Shown here piece after piece: positions 55,725-64,000 of a stretch of DNA of 64,000 nucleotides. A model generated the notes under the pieces. That model ran no database searches. It had not been told where the DNA came from and saw only the letters and a program-made list of their open reading frames with translations. The stretch spans positions 544,001-608,000 of the forward strand of contig OZ243927.1 in the NCBI GenBank assembly GCA_965213925.1. Reading direction: 5' to 3'. Origin of the DNA: Trueperaceae bacterium. Its GTDB lineage: Bacteria > Deinococcota > Deinococci > Deinococcales > Trueperaceae. The translations under genes and the position numbers were made by a program. Position 1 is the first letter of the stretch. Each line of letters begins with the position of its first letter.

Positions 55725-57069
55725 ATGATACGCGAACCGCGAGCTTATCTCGCCCTATTCATCTTTTTTACCCTTCTTACCGTTGGTCCGCCCAGCCAGG
55801 CGCAGAACGCCAACGCGGTGTGGGTGGTCCCCATCGAGGGACAAATCACGCCCGCGACCACGCAGTTTGTCGCCTCGCGCATCGAGGAGGCGAACGACGT
55901 GCTTCCGCTCGCGCTGGTGTTTCTCATCGATACGCCGGGGAGGCCGTGTAGACGCGGCGCAAGACATCTCGGACAGCATCCTCAACGCGGCGCAGGTGCC
56001 GACTATTGCGGTGGTACAAGACGCCTTTAGTGCGGGCGCACTCATCGCCATGAGCGCGCAGGATTTGGCGATTTTGCCGGGCGCGTCTATCGGCGCGGCG
56101 ACGGCTATAAACGGGCTCACGGGCGAGCAAGCCTCGGAAAAGATTCAGTCCGCATGGCGCAGCGAGTTTCGCTCGGTGGCGCAAGCGAGAGGGCGCAACG
56201 AGGACGTGGCGGCGGGGATGGTCTCGGAGCGCATCGAGGTGCCAGGGCTCTCCTCAAACGAGGAACTCATCACTTTGACGGCGGCGCAGGCGGTGGAATA
56301 TAACATCGCAGATTTGCAAGCGAGCAGCTTACAAGATGCGCTCGAGCAGCTCGGCTACAGCGCGAACGTCCCGGTTGAGCGGCTCGAGCCTACCCTCACC
56401 GAGCGCGTCGCGGGCGGACTCACGAGCCCGCTCGTCGCGGCGGCGCTTCTAGCTATCGGCATTTTAGGCATCATCATCGAACTCTTTTCGCCGGGCGTCG
56501 GGCTGCCGGGCGGGATTGGCGCGTTGGCACTCCTGCTCTTTTTTAGCGGCGCGTTTATCGCCACGCCTGCGGGTCCTTTCGACCTCGTGGTGCTCTTGGC
56601 GGGCATTTTGCTCATCGCCGCTGAGGTCTTCGTGATTCCCGGTTTTGGCGTCGCGGGTATTCTGGGCGCGGGCGCGATCATCTTCGCGGTCTTTCGTATC
56701 TTTCAGGGGAACACCATCGAGGTGCTCGGCTACACGACGCTCTTCGGCGGCGTGCTCTTGGGCTTAGCGCTCTGGCTCTTGCCGAATACCCGCTTGGGCG
56801 GCGTGTTCACGCTTACGACAAGGCTAGGCGACAGCGACTCGCCTCAGAGCGTCGACAAGCCCAACAAGGGCAAGCTCGTCAGCGACCTCAACCACTTGAA
56901 CGGCGAGCGCGGCGTCGCCATCACCGACTTGCGCCCGGCGGGGACGGCGCGCTTCGACTTAGAGCGCGTCGACGTCGTGACCGAAGGGGGTTACGTCGGT
57001 CGGGGCAGCGAGATCGAGGTCTTGCGGGTCGAGGGGAGCCGCGTTACGGTGCGCGAGGTGGAGAGCTGA
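55725..57069 (+). pseudogene. NfeD family membrane protein with +1 frameshift in the G-run 55937-55940 (probably intact in vivo)
   Basis: IDTPG|GRVDAA restored by removing one G; A.SAGALIA, GASIGAA, E.F.IPGFG.AG, TDLRPAG OB-fold C-terminus. Confidence 0.85.
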
Positions 57070-57242
57070 CGTTGAGTCAATAGGAGAGAAATGCTTCATG
57101 TGGGGGCTCGAGTCGCAAAGTTTACCTCCGATTATCCCTGCACCTTCTAAGGTAAGGGGGTACCCTCGCGGCTGCCCTGCTATAATGGTCTAAGCAAGGC
57201 TTGGGAGAGCTAGGTAAACGAGGGCAGGTTAGGACGTGGTGC

Positions 57243-58144
57243 GTGAACGTTTATCGGGGCTTGAAAATTCTCTTTGTAGCGTGGGTCGCTCTAGTGCGCA
57301 GCGCTAGGCTCAGCCCAAGCGTCGGCCGAGCCGACGTCGCCTGCGGTTGCGCCCTCGGACCTCTCCATTACGTTACCTATCTACAACGAGCGCGGCTTAG
57401 AACTCGTCCTCTCCTCGCAGACCGAGTTCCACCTCCTCTTACAGCCAGGTGACACCTTCATGCTCGTCTCTGGTAACACGAGGGGCGAGGTGGACCTCGC
57501 TTGGGTCAACAGCGCAGCGGAGGCCCTGACGGCGCGCCTATCCGCAAGTGTCCATCGTCGCCGCGACGAGCGGTCTGAGCAACGTCGCCGCCGCGACGCT
57601 CGGCGCAGAGCCTCCCGTGGAGGCGGTTATCTACGTTTACGAGCCGAACTTCCCCAATCTACCCGAATTCACCTGGGACTTCTACGCGACGTTGGAGCAC
57701 CTCTCCGAAGCGAGCGCCTGGGCACAAGCGAGCGAGCTGCGTTTGGGTGCTAAACCTACGGGGCGTCCACTTTTGCAGCGCAACCTGCTGCGTTACAACT
57801 GGAATTACGGTCAGCTCAGCGAAGCCTTCGACGAACTGTTCATTCAGACGCAGACATACTGTAAGGAGGGCACGAGGTCGTTTGAGCGAGCGTTAGAGCG
57901 CGTGCTCAGGCAGGTCGCGCTGGTCAACCCCGAACTTCCTTGGTATCCGCAAGTTACCGTCGACCCGAAAGCGCCCAACGGCACGACGGTTGAGCGAGCT
58001 GTTGACTGCGCGCGTGTCGCACAGTTCAAGGGTCTGAGCGGTGTGTTGCTCTGGTGGTCGCCCAAATATCCGGGACAAGCGCTCAACTTTTTGAGACAAT
58101 TACGCGCTCCGAGCGCGGCGCAGCAGCCAGCGGCTGCGCGGTAG
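57243..58144 (+). pseudogene. Secreted ~299-aa hypothetical protein split by two +1 insertions (~57294, ~57538)
   Basis: Removing one base at each site joins three frames: MNVYRGLKILFVAWVAL-CAALGSAQA...MLVSGN...LTAR-YPQVSIV...VIYVYEPN...GVLLWW. Confidence 0.6.
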
Positions 58145-59933
58145 GTCCGAGCGGCAGGGTGAAGAGCGAGTCGAGGCTCAAGTAGGCGCGCAGGAGCCGA
58201 AAGCCCAAGTAGGCGGGGATGTAAGGGAGCAGCTGCCAGCGCCGGTACACCACTAGAACGCCGAGCGAGATGAGCAGCGACGAGCCCGCTAAGATCGCGA
58301 CGACGGTCGCGCCCGAGCGCAAGTAGAGCGCGGAGGGCTCGAGCGCCGCGACCACCACCGCGTAGAGTAGAATAGGCACCATCATCGAACGCCGCGCGCT
58401 CTGCACGAGCGCCCAGGGCAACGTGAAGCTGCCGCGCACCCCTTGGCGCATCATTATCGCCGAGCGGTTGCGCGACGCCACGTGGTAAATGCTGCGAAAC
58501 CAGCGCATGCGCTGTTCGCGCAGGTGGCCCAAGGTCGCGGGCACCTCCGAATAGACCTGCAAGCGCGGGTCGTTGACGAGCGTGTAGCCGAGCCGCCCGG
58601 TGCGCAGCACGATGTCGGTATCCTCGCCGTTGATCCCTTCGGCGAAGCCGCCTAGCTCAATGAGGCAGCTCCGCCGATACGCTGAAAAGATACCGGGCAT
58701 GCTGAGAAGACCGTCCACGGCGCACAGACCGAGCCGCCCGAAGCCCTGATTGAGATAGACTTCGACCGCGCGCATTTTGGACAGGAGCGAGGCCGATTCG
58801 CGGGGCAGCGGTAGCCCGCTAACCGCGCCCACCACGGGCTTGGCGAAGTGAGGGATGGCCCAGGAGAGGATGCTGGGCGAGACGAGCGTGTCGGCGTCTA
58901 CGCGCACGACGATGTCCTCTTTGATGTGACGCAGCCCCGCGTTGAGCGCTTTCGATTTGCCCGGCTCCAAACAGCTCAGCACCTGACCCTTGAGCGCTTT
59001 ACAGTCGTTCAGGGCGGCTTGCGCGATCCGCTCGGTCTCGTCCCTCGAGCCGTTATCCACCACGTAGAGCTGGCAGAGCCGCCCGTAATGCTGCGCCGCC
59101 CTGTCCAAGCTTTGGATGCACGCGGCGATATCCTCCGCCTCGTTAAAGGCGGGCACCAAGAAGGCGATGGAGTAGCGGATGTCGCCCGTGCTGCGGCGCA
59201 GCGAGACGATCTCGTAAACCGCTAAAAAGGCGAAACAGAGCGGAAAAAAGAGGACGATGCCGGGACCCAAGCCGCCCAGGAGACCCACCGAGCGCAGCCC
59301 CTCGAGCACCCCACCCATGAACCGGCTCACCAGCGTCGTGATAAGCGCACTCGACGCGCCCGCTAGCGCTAGAAGCAGGAGGTAGCGGCGCGGACGCGCC
59401 AAGCGCGTCTCGACCCGTTCGTCCGTAGGCAGGTGCCCTTGCCAGAGAAGCGTCGCCGCGAGGATCATGAGCGCCGCGAAGCCGATGGCGACGTTCGCGA
59501 CCACGGCGATGAACCTCGGGCTGACGAAGGGCGTCGCGCTGAGTAGCAGCGTGTCGAGCAGGAGCGTCGCTAGCAGGTAGGAGAGCAGTAGCGTTGTCAC
59601 GAGCTTGAGCCGCTGCCACAGCGAGCCCGACGCGAAGAGGCCGAACGAGAGGAAGAAAACGAAGAAGAAGGGTCGCAACCTCAGCGCGTAGGTCGGCTCG
59701 GGAAAACGCAGCCCGCCTGTCACGCGGCGGAGCAGCTCGCTGTAGAAGGGCTCGACCGCGGGGAGCACCGTGAGCGAAAGCGCCGAGAGCAGGGCGAAGG
59801 TGAGCAAAAACAGCGCGACGTACCAGGGCGGACGCGGCACCGAAAACTCGGGGGGCGCGCTGTCGATAGAGACGTAATCGGTCTTGTGCTCGACCCGAGG
59901 CGAGCGCCTGCGGCGCGTTATACGACGCGACAT
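58083..59933 (-). CDS. Processive GT2 glycosyltransferase (PgaC/IcaA-like) with multi-TM N-terminus
   Basis: VPAFNE, VVDNGS.D, GKS.ALN, VDAD, GED, QRMRW motif. Confidence 0.9.
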   Translation of the reverse strand: MSRRITRRRRSPRVEHKTDYVSIDSAPPEFSVPRPPWYVALFLLTFALLSALSLTVLPAVEPFYSELLRRVTGGLRFPEPTYALRLRPFFFVFFLSFGLFASGSLWQRLKLVTTLLLSYLLATLLLDTLLLSATPFVSPRFIAVVANVAIGFAALMILAATLLWQGHLPTDERVETRLARPRRYLLLLALAGASSALITTLVSRFMGGVLEGLRSVGLLGGLGPGIVLFFPLCFAFLAVYEIVSLRRSTGDIRYSIAFLVPAFNEAEDIAACIQSLDRAAQHYGRLCQLYVVDNGSRDETERIAQAALNDCKALKGQVLSCLEPGKSKALNAGLRHIKEDIVVRVDADTLVSPSILSWAIPHFAKPVVGAVSGLPLPRESASLLSKMRAVEVYLNQGFGRLGLCAVDGLLSMPGIFSAYRRSCLIELGGFAEGINGEDTDIVLRTGRLGYTLVNDPRLQVYSEVPATLGHLREQRMRWFRSIYHVASRNRSAIMMRQGVRGSFTLPWALVQSARRSMMVPILLYAVVVAALEPSALYLRSGATVVAILAGSSLLISLGVLVVYRRWQLLPYIPAYLGFRLLRAYLSLDSLFTLPLGPTAQPLAAAPRSERVIVSKS

Positions 59934-60396
59934 GGAAGTGAATACGGAACGTATGAAGAGCGTTTGAGTTGAAGCAACACTGCGTACCCGCCTATCTAAG
60001 TAGCATTTTGAAAAGACGTTCAGCCGCCCCGCGCAGACTGTGTTAGAAACCCCACCCGACTTCACCCGTAAGACCCTACCTAAAAGACTTTTCCCGAGAA
60101 ACCGGGTGAGCGGCCTCGAGCCGTGCTCAGGCTAGAACGGTGGGGCGCGTCAGGCACGGGACGAACCTGGAGAGAATATACCGCGTTTTTTCTTAAGAAA
60201 ACACCCACCGTGTACGCAGCGTCTCACGAGCACACAGTTACGCCGTCAGACACAGGATTTTCACACTTTAACCAGTTCTTAATATTGAGTTTTGACACGT
60301 TACAGCAGCTTACTCAACCGGCCTTTAGAGGTGAGTCTGACGGTGAGCGTGAGCGGTGGGAGAAGGTGGGGCGCGAAATATGTTTAGATACCTCTT

Positions 60397-61284
60397 ATGA
60401 CTCCAACCATCGTGCTTCATGGCGGCGCAGGGACCATCCGCGCTGAGGACAGAGAGAACTACGTGGCGGGGCTTTTGGAGGCTCGAGACGCAGCCTTCGC
60501 GGCGCTCAAAGAGGGCGAGGACGCGCTCTCGGCGGTGCTCAGCGCCGTCACCATCATGGAAGATAACGACAGGGCGTTCAATGCGGGCACGGGCGGCTCG
60601 CCGAACCGCGACGGCGTCGTCGAATGTGACGCGGCGGTGATGGCGGGTCCGGACAGGAGCGTGGGCGCGGTCGCGGCGGTGACGAACGCGAAAAATCCGA
60701 TTCTATTAGCCGACAAGGTGCGTTTGACCTCTCCCCACGTCTTTTTGGTCGGCGCAGGCGCGGAATCCCTGGTGGATAACCCTGTCGACAATCAGACCCT
60801 ACTGACCGAGCGAACTAGGGCGGCGCTCGGCGAATGGCGCGAGAAAAAGCTCGCACCCGCCAATTCAGCGACGGTGGGCGCGGTCGCGTTGGACCGAAAC
60901 GGACGCCTCGCCGCCGCTACGAGCACGGGCGGCGTGCTCGGCAAGTGGCCGGGGCGCGTCGGCGACTCGCCGCTCATTGGCGCAGGTACCTACGCGGACG
61001 CGCACATCGCGGTGTCTTGTACGGGCAAAGGGGAAGCGTTTACGAGAGCGGTCACGGCAAAGAGCTTAGCGACGCGGCTCCATTATGAGCGGGATTTAGG
61101 CAGCGCGGTCGAGGCTGCGTTAGAAGAGGTCAAGACGCTAGAAGGAACGGGCGGGCTCATCAGTCTGACGGCGGATGGGCGGGTCTGCATCGGGTTCAAC
61201 ACGCCGCACATGGCGTACGCTTGGCGGAGCGACCGGGCGCAAGAGGTGCAGGTGGGGCTCGAGGCTGGACTCTACCACCCGTAA
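60397..61284 (+). CDS. Isoaspartyl peptidase/L-asparaginase (Ntn hydrolase)
   Basis: LHGGAG, FNAG.G, ECDA.VM, TVGAVA, AATSTGG, GRVGDSP, SCTG.GE. Confidence 0.92.
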   Translation: MTPTIVLHGGAGTIRAEDRENYVAGLLEARDAAFAALKEGEDALSAVLSAVTIMEDNDRAFNAGTGGSPNRDGVVECDAAVMAGPDRSVGAVAAVTNAKNPILLADKVRLTSPHVFLVGAGAESLVDNPVDNQTLLTERTRAALGEWREKKLAPANSATVGAVALDRNGRLAAATSTGGVLGKWPGRVGDSPLIGAGTYADAHIAVSCTGKGEAFTRAVTAKSLATRLHYERDLGSAVEAALEEVKTLEGTGGLISLTADGRVCIGFNTPHMAYAWRSDRAQEVQVGLEAGLYHP

Positions 61285-61356
61285 AGGGGGTAGCCTCGCG
61301 CATCTGAGCGGAACGAGTTTATGGTGCTCGCCTTTTGCTCAGCTCACCGGCGGAGT

Positions 61357-62430
61357 TTAGCTCGAGCCGATCACCTCTTCAACGTTAGAAAATCCGTCTC
61401 GCTCCATCCTCTTCAACACGCCCTCATTCAACCTTTTAAGGAGCAGCGGTCCTTCATAGACCAAGCTCGTGTAGAGCTGAACGGAGCACGCGCCCGCACG
61501 GAGCCTGTCAAACACGTCATCGGCGGAAAAGACGCCGCCTACGGAGATGAGAGGTAAAGACGAGCCGACCTGAGCCCGAAGATAGTTTAGAATCTCTAAA
61601 GAACGCGCCCGTACGGGTCGCCCTGACAGTCCGCCCGCTTCACCGATGTCAGTTCGCAACCCCTCACGCGACACCGTTGTATTCGTGGCGATAAGACCGC
61701 TAAGTTCGTGCTCTAAAACGAGCGTGACGATTTCGTCAATCTGAGAATAGGTGAGGTCGGGGGCGATTTTTAAGAGAATCGGTTTGCGAACCTCTTGCGC
61801 TGCGGCGTACGCTGTGACGGTTGCTAAGAGGGTCTCGAGCCTGCCTTTATCTTGCAATTCCCGCAGCCCCGGCGTGTTCGGCGAACTCACGTTGATGACG
61901 AAGTAGTCCGCGCGTGACCAGAGGTGCGCTAAAGAGGTCAGGTAGTCATCCGGCGCGTCGTCTAAGGGCGTCACTTTGGATTTGCCTAAGTTGATACCCA
62001 AAGGGACGCTCGTGGGTCGTATCATTCTGAGCTGCTCGAGCCGCTTCGCCATCACCGCCGCCCCGTCGTTATTGAAGCCCATTCGGTTGATGAGCGCCTC
62101 ATCCTCCAGCAACCGGAACAAGCGAGGTTTGGGGTTGCCCGGCTGTGCGTGCGCCGTGACGCTGCCCACCTCAGCGTGTCCAAAACCGAGCGCCGCCCAA
62201 GTCGGCACGGCGCGGGCGTTCTTGTCAAAGCCTGCGGCGAGCCCGATTGGGTTAGGAAAGGTGAGCCCGAAGCGTTTCACCTCTAAGCGTTTATCCTCGA
62301 CTTGGCAGAGACGCGAAACAAGCTTGAGCCCACCCGGATGCCGGCTCGTCCAGGTAAGCGCCGCCATGACTTGTTCGTGAATCCTTTCAGGGTCGGCGCG
62401 GAAGAGGAGCGGTTTGAGGCGCTGGTACAT
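61357..62430 (-). CDS. pyrD: Quinone-dependent dihydroorotate dehydrogenase
   Basis: GLAAGFDK, QPGNPKPRLFRL, INRMGFNN, NVSSPNTPGLR, KIAPD, GGLSG; leaderless TACACT-N6-ATG. Confidence 0.95.
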   Translation of the reverse strand: MYQRLKPLLFRADPERIHEQVMAALTWTSRHPGGLKLVSRLCQVEDKRLEVKRFGLTFPNPIGLAAGFDKNARAVPTWAALGFGHAEVGSVTAHAQPGNPKPRLFRLLEDEALINRMGFNNDGAAVMAKRLEQLRMIRPTSVPLGINLGKSKVTPLDDAPDDYLTSLAHLWSRADYFVINVSSPNTPGLRELQDKGRLETLLATVTAYAAAQEVRKPILLKIAPDLTYSQIDEIVTLVLEHELSGLIATNTTVSREGLRTDIGEAGGLSGRPVRARSLEILNYLRAQVGSSLPLISVGGVFSADDVFDRLRAGACSVQLYTSLVYEGPLLLKRLNEGVLKRMERDGFSNVEEVIGSS

Positions 62431-62602
62431 GAGGTTAGTGTATCTGACCTCAGGTACGAAATGCACCTCTCTAAGTCGCACACGTACCATGTCGTGTGTA
62501 CTGTAGCAACAAGTATAAATGTATCTAGCACAACACTTGAAATGACGTTACACTAGCTTCATTCATCCACCGGGGGGACCGCGTGGAGCAATCCGAAACT
62601 CG

Positions 62603-63547
62603 CTAAGGCAGCTTAGCGAGTTTTTCTTTTGCTTGACGTTGCAGCGTCCAAAGCGCCGCACGCCGCAATAGGTCGAGGCGCGCCGCCGGTGACGCGTCAC
62701 CGCCGACGACAACAGTCTCAATTCCTTGTTCAGTGAGCACGCCGACAGGAGGCGGCTCGAGCCTCAGGAGTTCACGAGGCTCATCCAATTCTGCAAGTAG
62801 TACGTCAGATGCGAGTAGAGGTTGAGGTTCGCGCTGCCACGCCGCTTCGATACCTTCGGTAAGTTCAGCGGTTGCCTCGCCTGTGAATTTAGGGATAATG
62901 GTAGCCTCGAGCCAACCGCATTCGCGCACTAATTTAGCGTAGGTTGTCCAGTTATCCGTATCCACAAACCAAGGACCGGAGCCTAGCTCGAGCCTCTCCA
63001 CGCGCCCCTCGTACCTCTTTAGAACACCTCTTGCGCCCTTATCCCCCTTGACCTCTAAAAGCTCACTCAAGAGGTCAGGACTGAAAATCACGGGGTTGCG
63101 CTGCTCGCCGTGCTCAGCCGCTGCAACTGCGACGGTGTTTTTACTTCGTTCCCGGAACGTTTGGACGAGGTTGCGTGCTCGCGTCACATCAAAAGCAGGT
63201 TGGTCTGCTAGAAGAATCATCAATCCTGAAGCTGGCTCGCGCTTCAAGACCTCTTGCACGCCGCACCGCAGCGAGGTGCTAAGACCTCTTTCGTAGTGCA
63301 GGTTTTCGGTTGTGCTAACCCTGGTTTGATACTGCGGATACTCCTGCAAAAACCTCTCAATTTCCGTCTTACAAAGCGCCGCGTCACGACCCAAAACGAC
63401 GATGACGTGACCGTCTACCGATTCCAAAGCGGTGTGGAGGACTCTCGAGAGGAGCGCGTGCCCCTCTCCAGCGGGTAGGAGGACTTTAGGAACGCCCATC
63501 CGGGAGGCGCGTCCGGCGGCGAGGATGAGCGCATCAACGGGACGCAT
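62603..63547 (-). CDS. MocA/MobA-like nucleotidyltransferase with C-terminal extension
   Basis: LILAAG.ASRMG.PK, GLSTSL, LADQP, NPVIF, GDKGAR, DTD. Confidence 0.85.
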   Translation of the reverse strand: MRPVDALILAAGRASRMGVPKVLLPAGEGHALLSRVLHTALESVDGHVIVVLGRDAALCKTEIERFLQEYPQYQTRVSTTENLHYERGLSTSLRCGVQEVLKREPASGLMILLADQPAFDVTRARNLVQTFRERSKNTVAVAAAEHGEQRNPVIFSPDLLSELLEVKGDKGARGVLKRYEGRVERLELGSGPWFVDTDNWTTYAKLVRECGWLEATIIPKFTGEATAELTEGIEAAWQREPQPLLASDVLLAELDEPRELLRLEPPPVGVLTEQGIETVVVGGDASPAARLDLLRRAALWTLQRQAKEKLAKLP

Positions 63548-63592
63548 TATGACTGACCCGGCATTAACTTCGGCATTGACGTAGCGTAACAC

Positions 63593-63621
63593 TTGCGCAT
63601 GTTGACCAACTTGTTTAGACT
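63593..63621 (+). promoter_or_regulatory. Leaderless promoter of the toxin-antitoxin operon
   Basis: TTGCGC-17 nt-TAGACT, 6 nt before ATG 63628. Confidence 0.6.
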
Positions 63622-63627
63622 AAAAAG

Positions 63628-63870
63628 ATGAAAACTCTCCAACTGCATGAAGCTAAGGCGCGTCTTTCTGAACTCATCGAGGCTGTCATGAAAGGTGAAG
63701 AGGTTGTGATTTCTCGCTACGGCAAACCTGTTGCTAAGCTCGTCGGTTTGACGGAGCCCAAAGAGCGCGAGCTAGGGTTTTACCCTATCGACTTTCAAAG
63801 TGACTTACTAGAGCCTACCGATAAAGAGATTATAAATGCGTTTTACGGTACCGATTACAGTGCCGAGTAG
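63628..63870 (+). CDS. Phd/YefM family antitoxin
   Basis: HEAKARLSELI..V..GEEVVISRYGKPVAKL. Confidence 0.9.
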   Translation: MKTLQLHEAKARLSELIEAVMKGEEVVISRYGKPVAKLVGLTEPKERELGFYPIDFQSDLLEPTDKEIINAFYGTDYSAE

Positions 63871-63873
63871 ACT

Positions 63874-64000
63874 ATGCGTTGTCTGCTCGATACGCACACC
63901 TTAGCTTGGACGGTGGGCGACCCTACCCTGCTGAGCGAAACTGCGAAGAGGTACCTGCGTGACCCTAAAAACGAACTCTTGGTTAGCCCTGCGAGCATCT
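63874..64000 (+). CDS. vapC: VapC/PIN-domain toxin (3' truncated by window edge)
   Basis: Manual translation MRCLLDTHTLAW...LS..A...L.DP.NEL.VSPASI; directly follows the antitoxin. Confidence 0.88.
   Translation, partial: MRCLLDTHTLAWTVGDPTLLSETAKRYLRDPKNELLVSPASI

Noticed and set aside
55937..55940. Programmed frameshift or phase variation in nfeD
   Set aside because: A run of four Gs is short, and three other +1 insertions in non-slippery contexts point to assembly error

Overview
GC-rich bacterial chromosomal window, most likely Deinococcota (Trueperaceae-like). That assignment is inferred from widespread leaderless TA---T promoters 5-9 nt before start codons, Deinococcus/Thermus-type pilin cassettes and TACGGATTCCG-type repeats. 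Content: the end of a polysaccharide-modification locus (DUF4910, epimerase, PIG-L deacetylase, RfbF) beside a large carbohydrate-type lipoprotein preceded by a c-di-GMP-II riboswitch; msrB; cysK; a UAP-type pyrophosphorylase; a REC-TrxB-like flavoprotein paired with a cNMP histidine kinase; two tandem minor type IV pilin cassettes; a class III PHA synthase cluster whose PhaE carries an HhH-like tail; a sugar transferase/formyltransferase/deacetylase trio; cobU-cobT salvage genes; a Crp regulator; family 5 UDG; nfeD; a GT2; pyrD; and a Phd-VapC pair at the right edge. Non-coding highlights are the riboswitch, an unannotated ~95-nt rod-like RNA candidate with its own -10 box, several REP-like repeat families and strong CTCGAG over-representation. 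Four +1 insertions split three genes and are probably assembly errors. No rRNA, tRNA, CRISPR array or transposase was seen. All family calls come from motif recognition by eye, not database searches.
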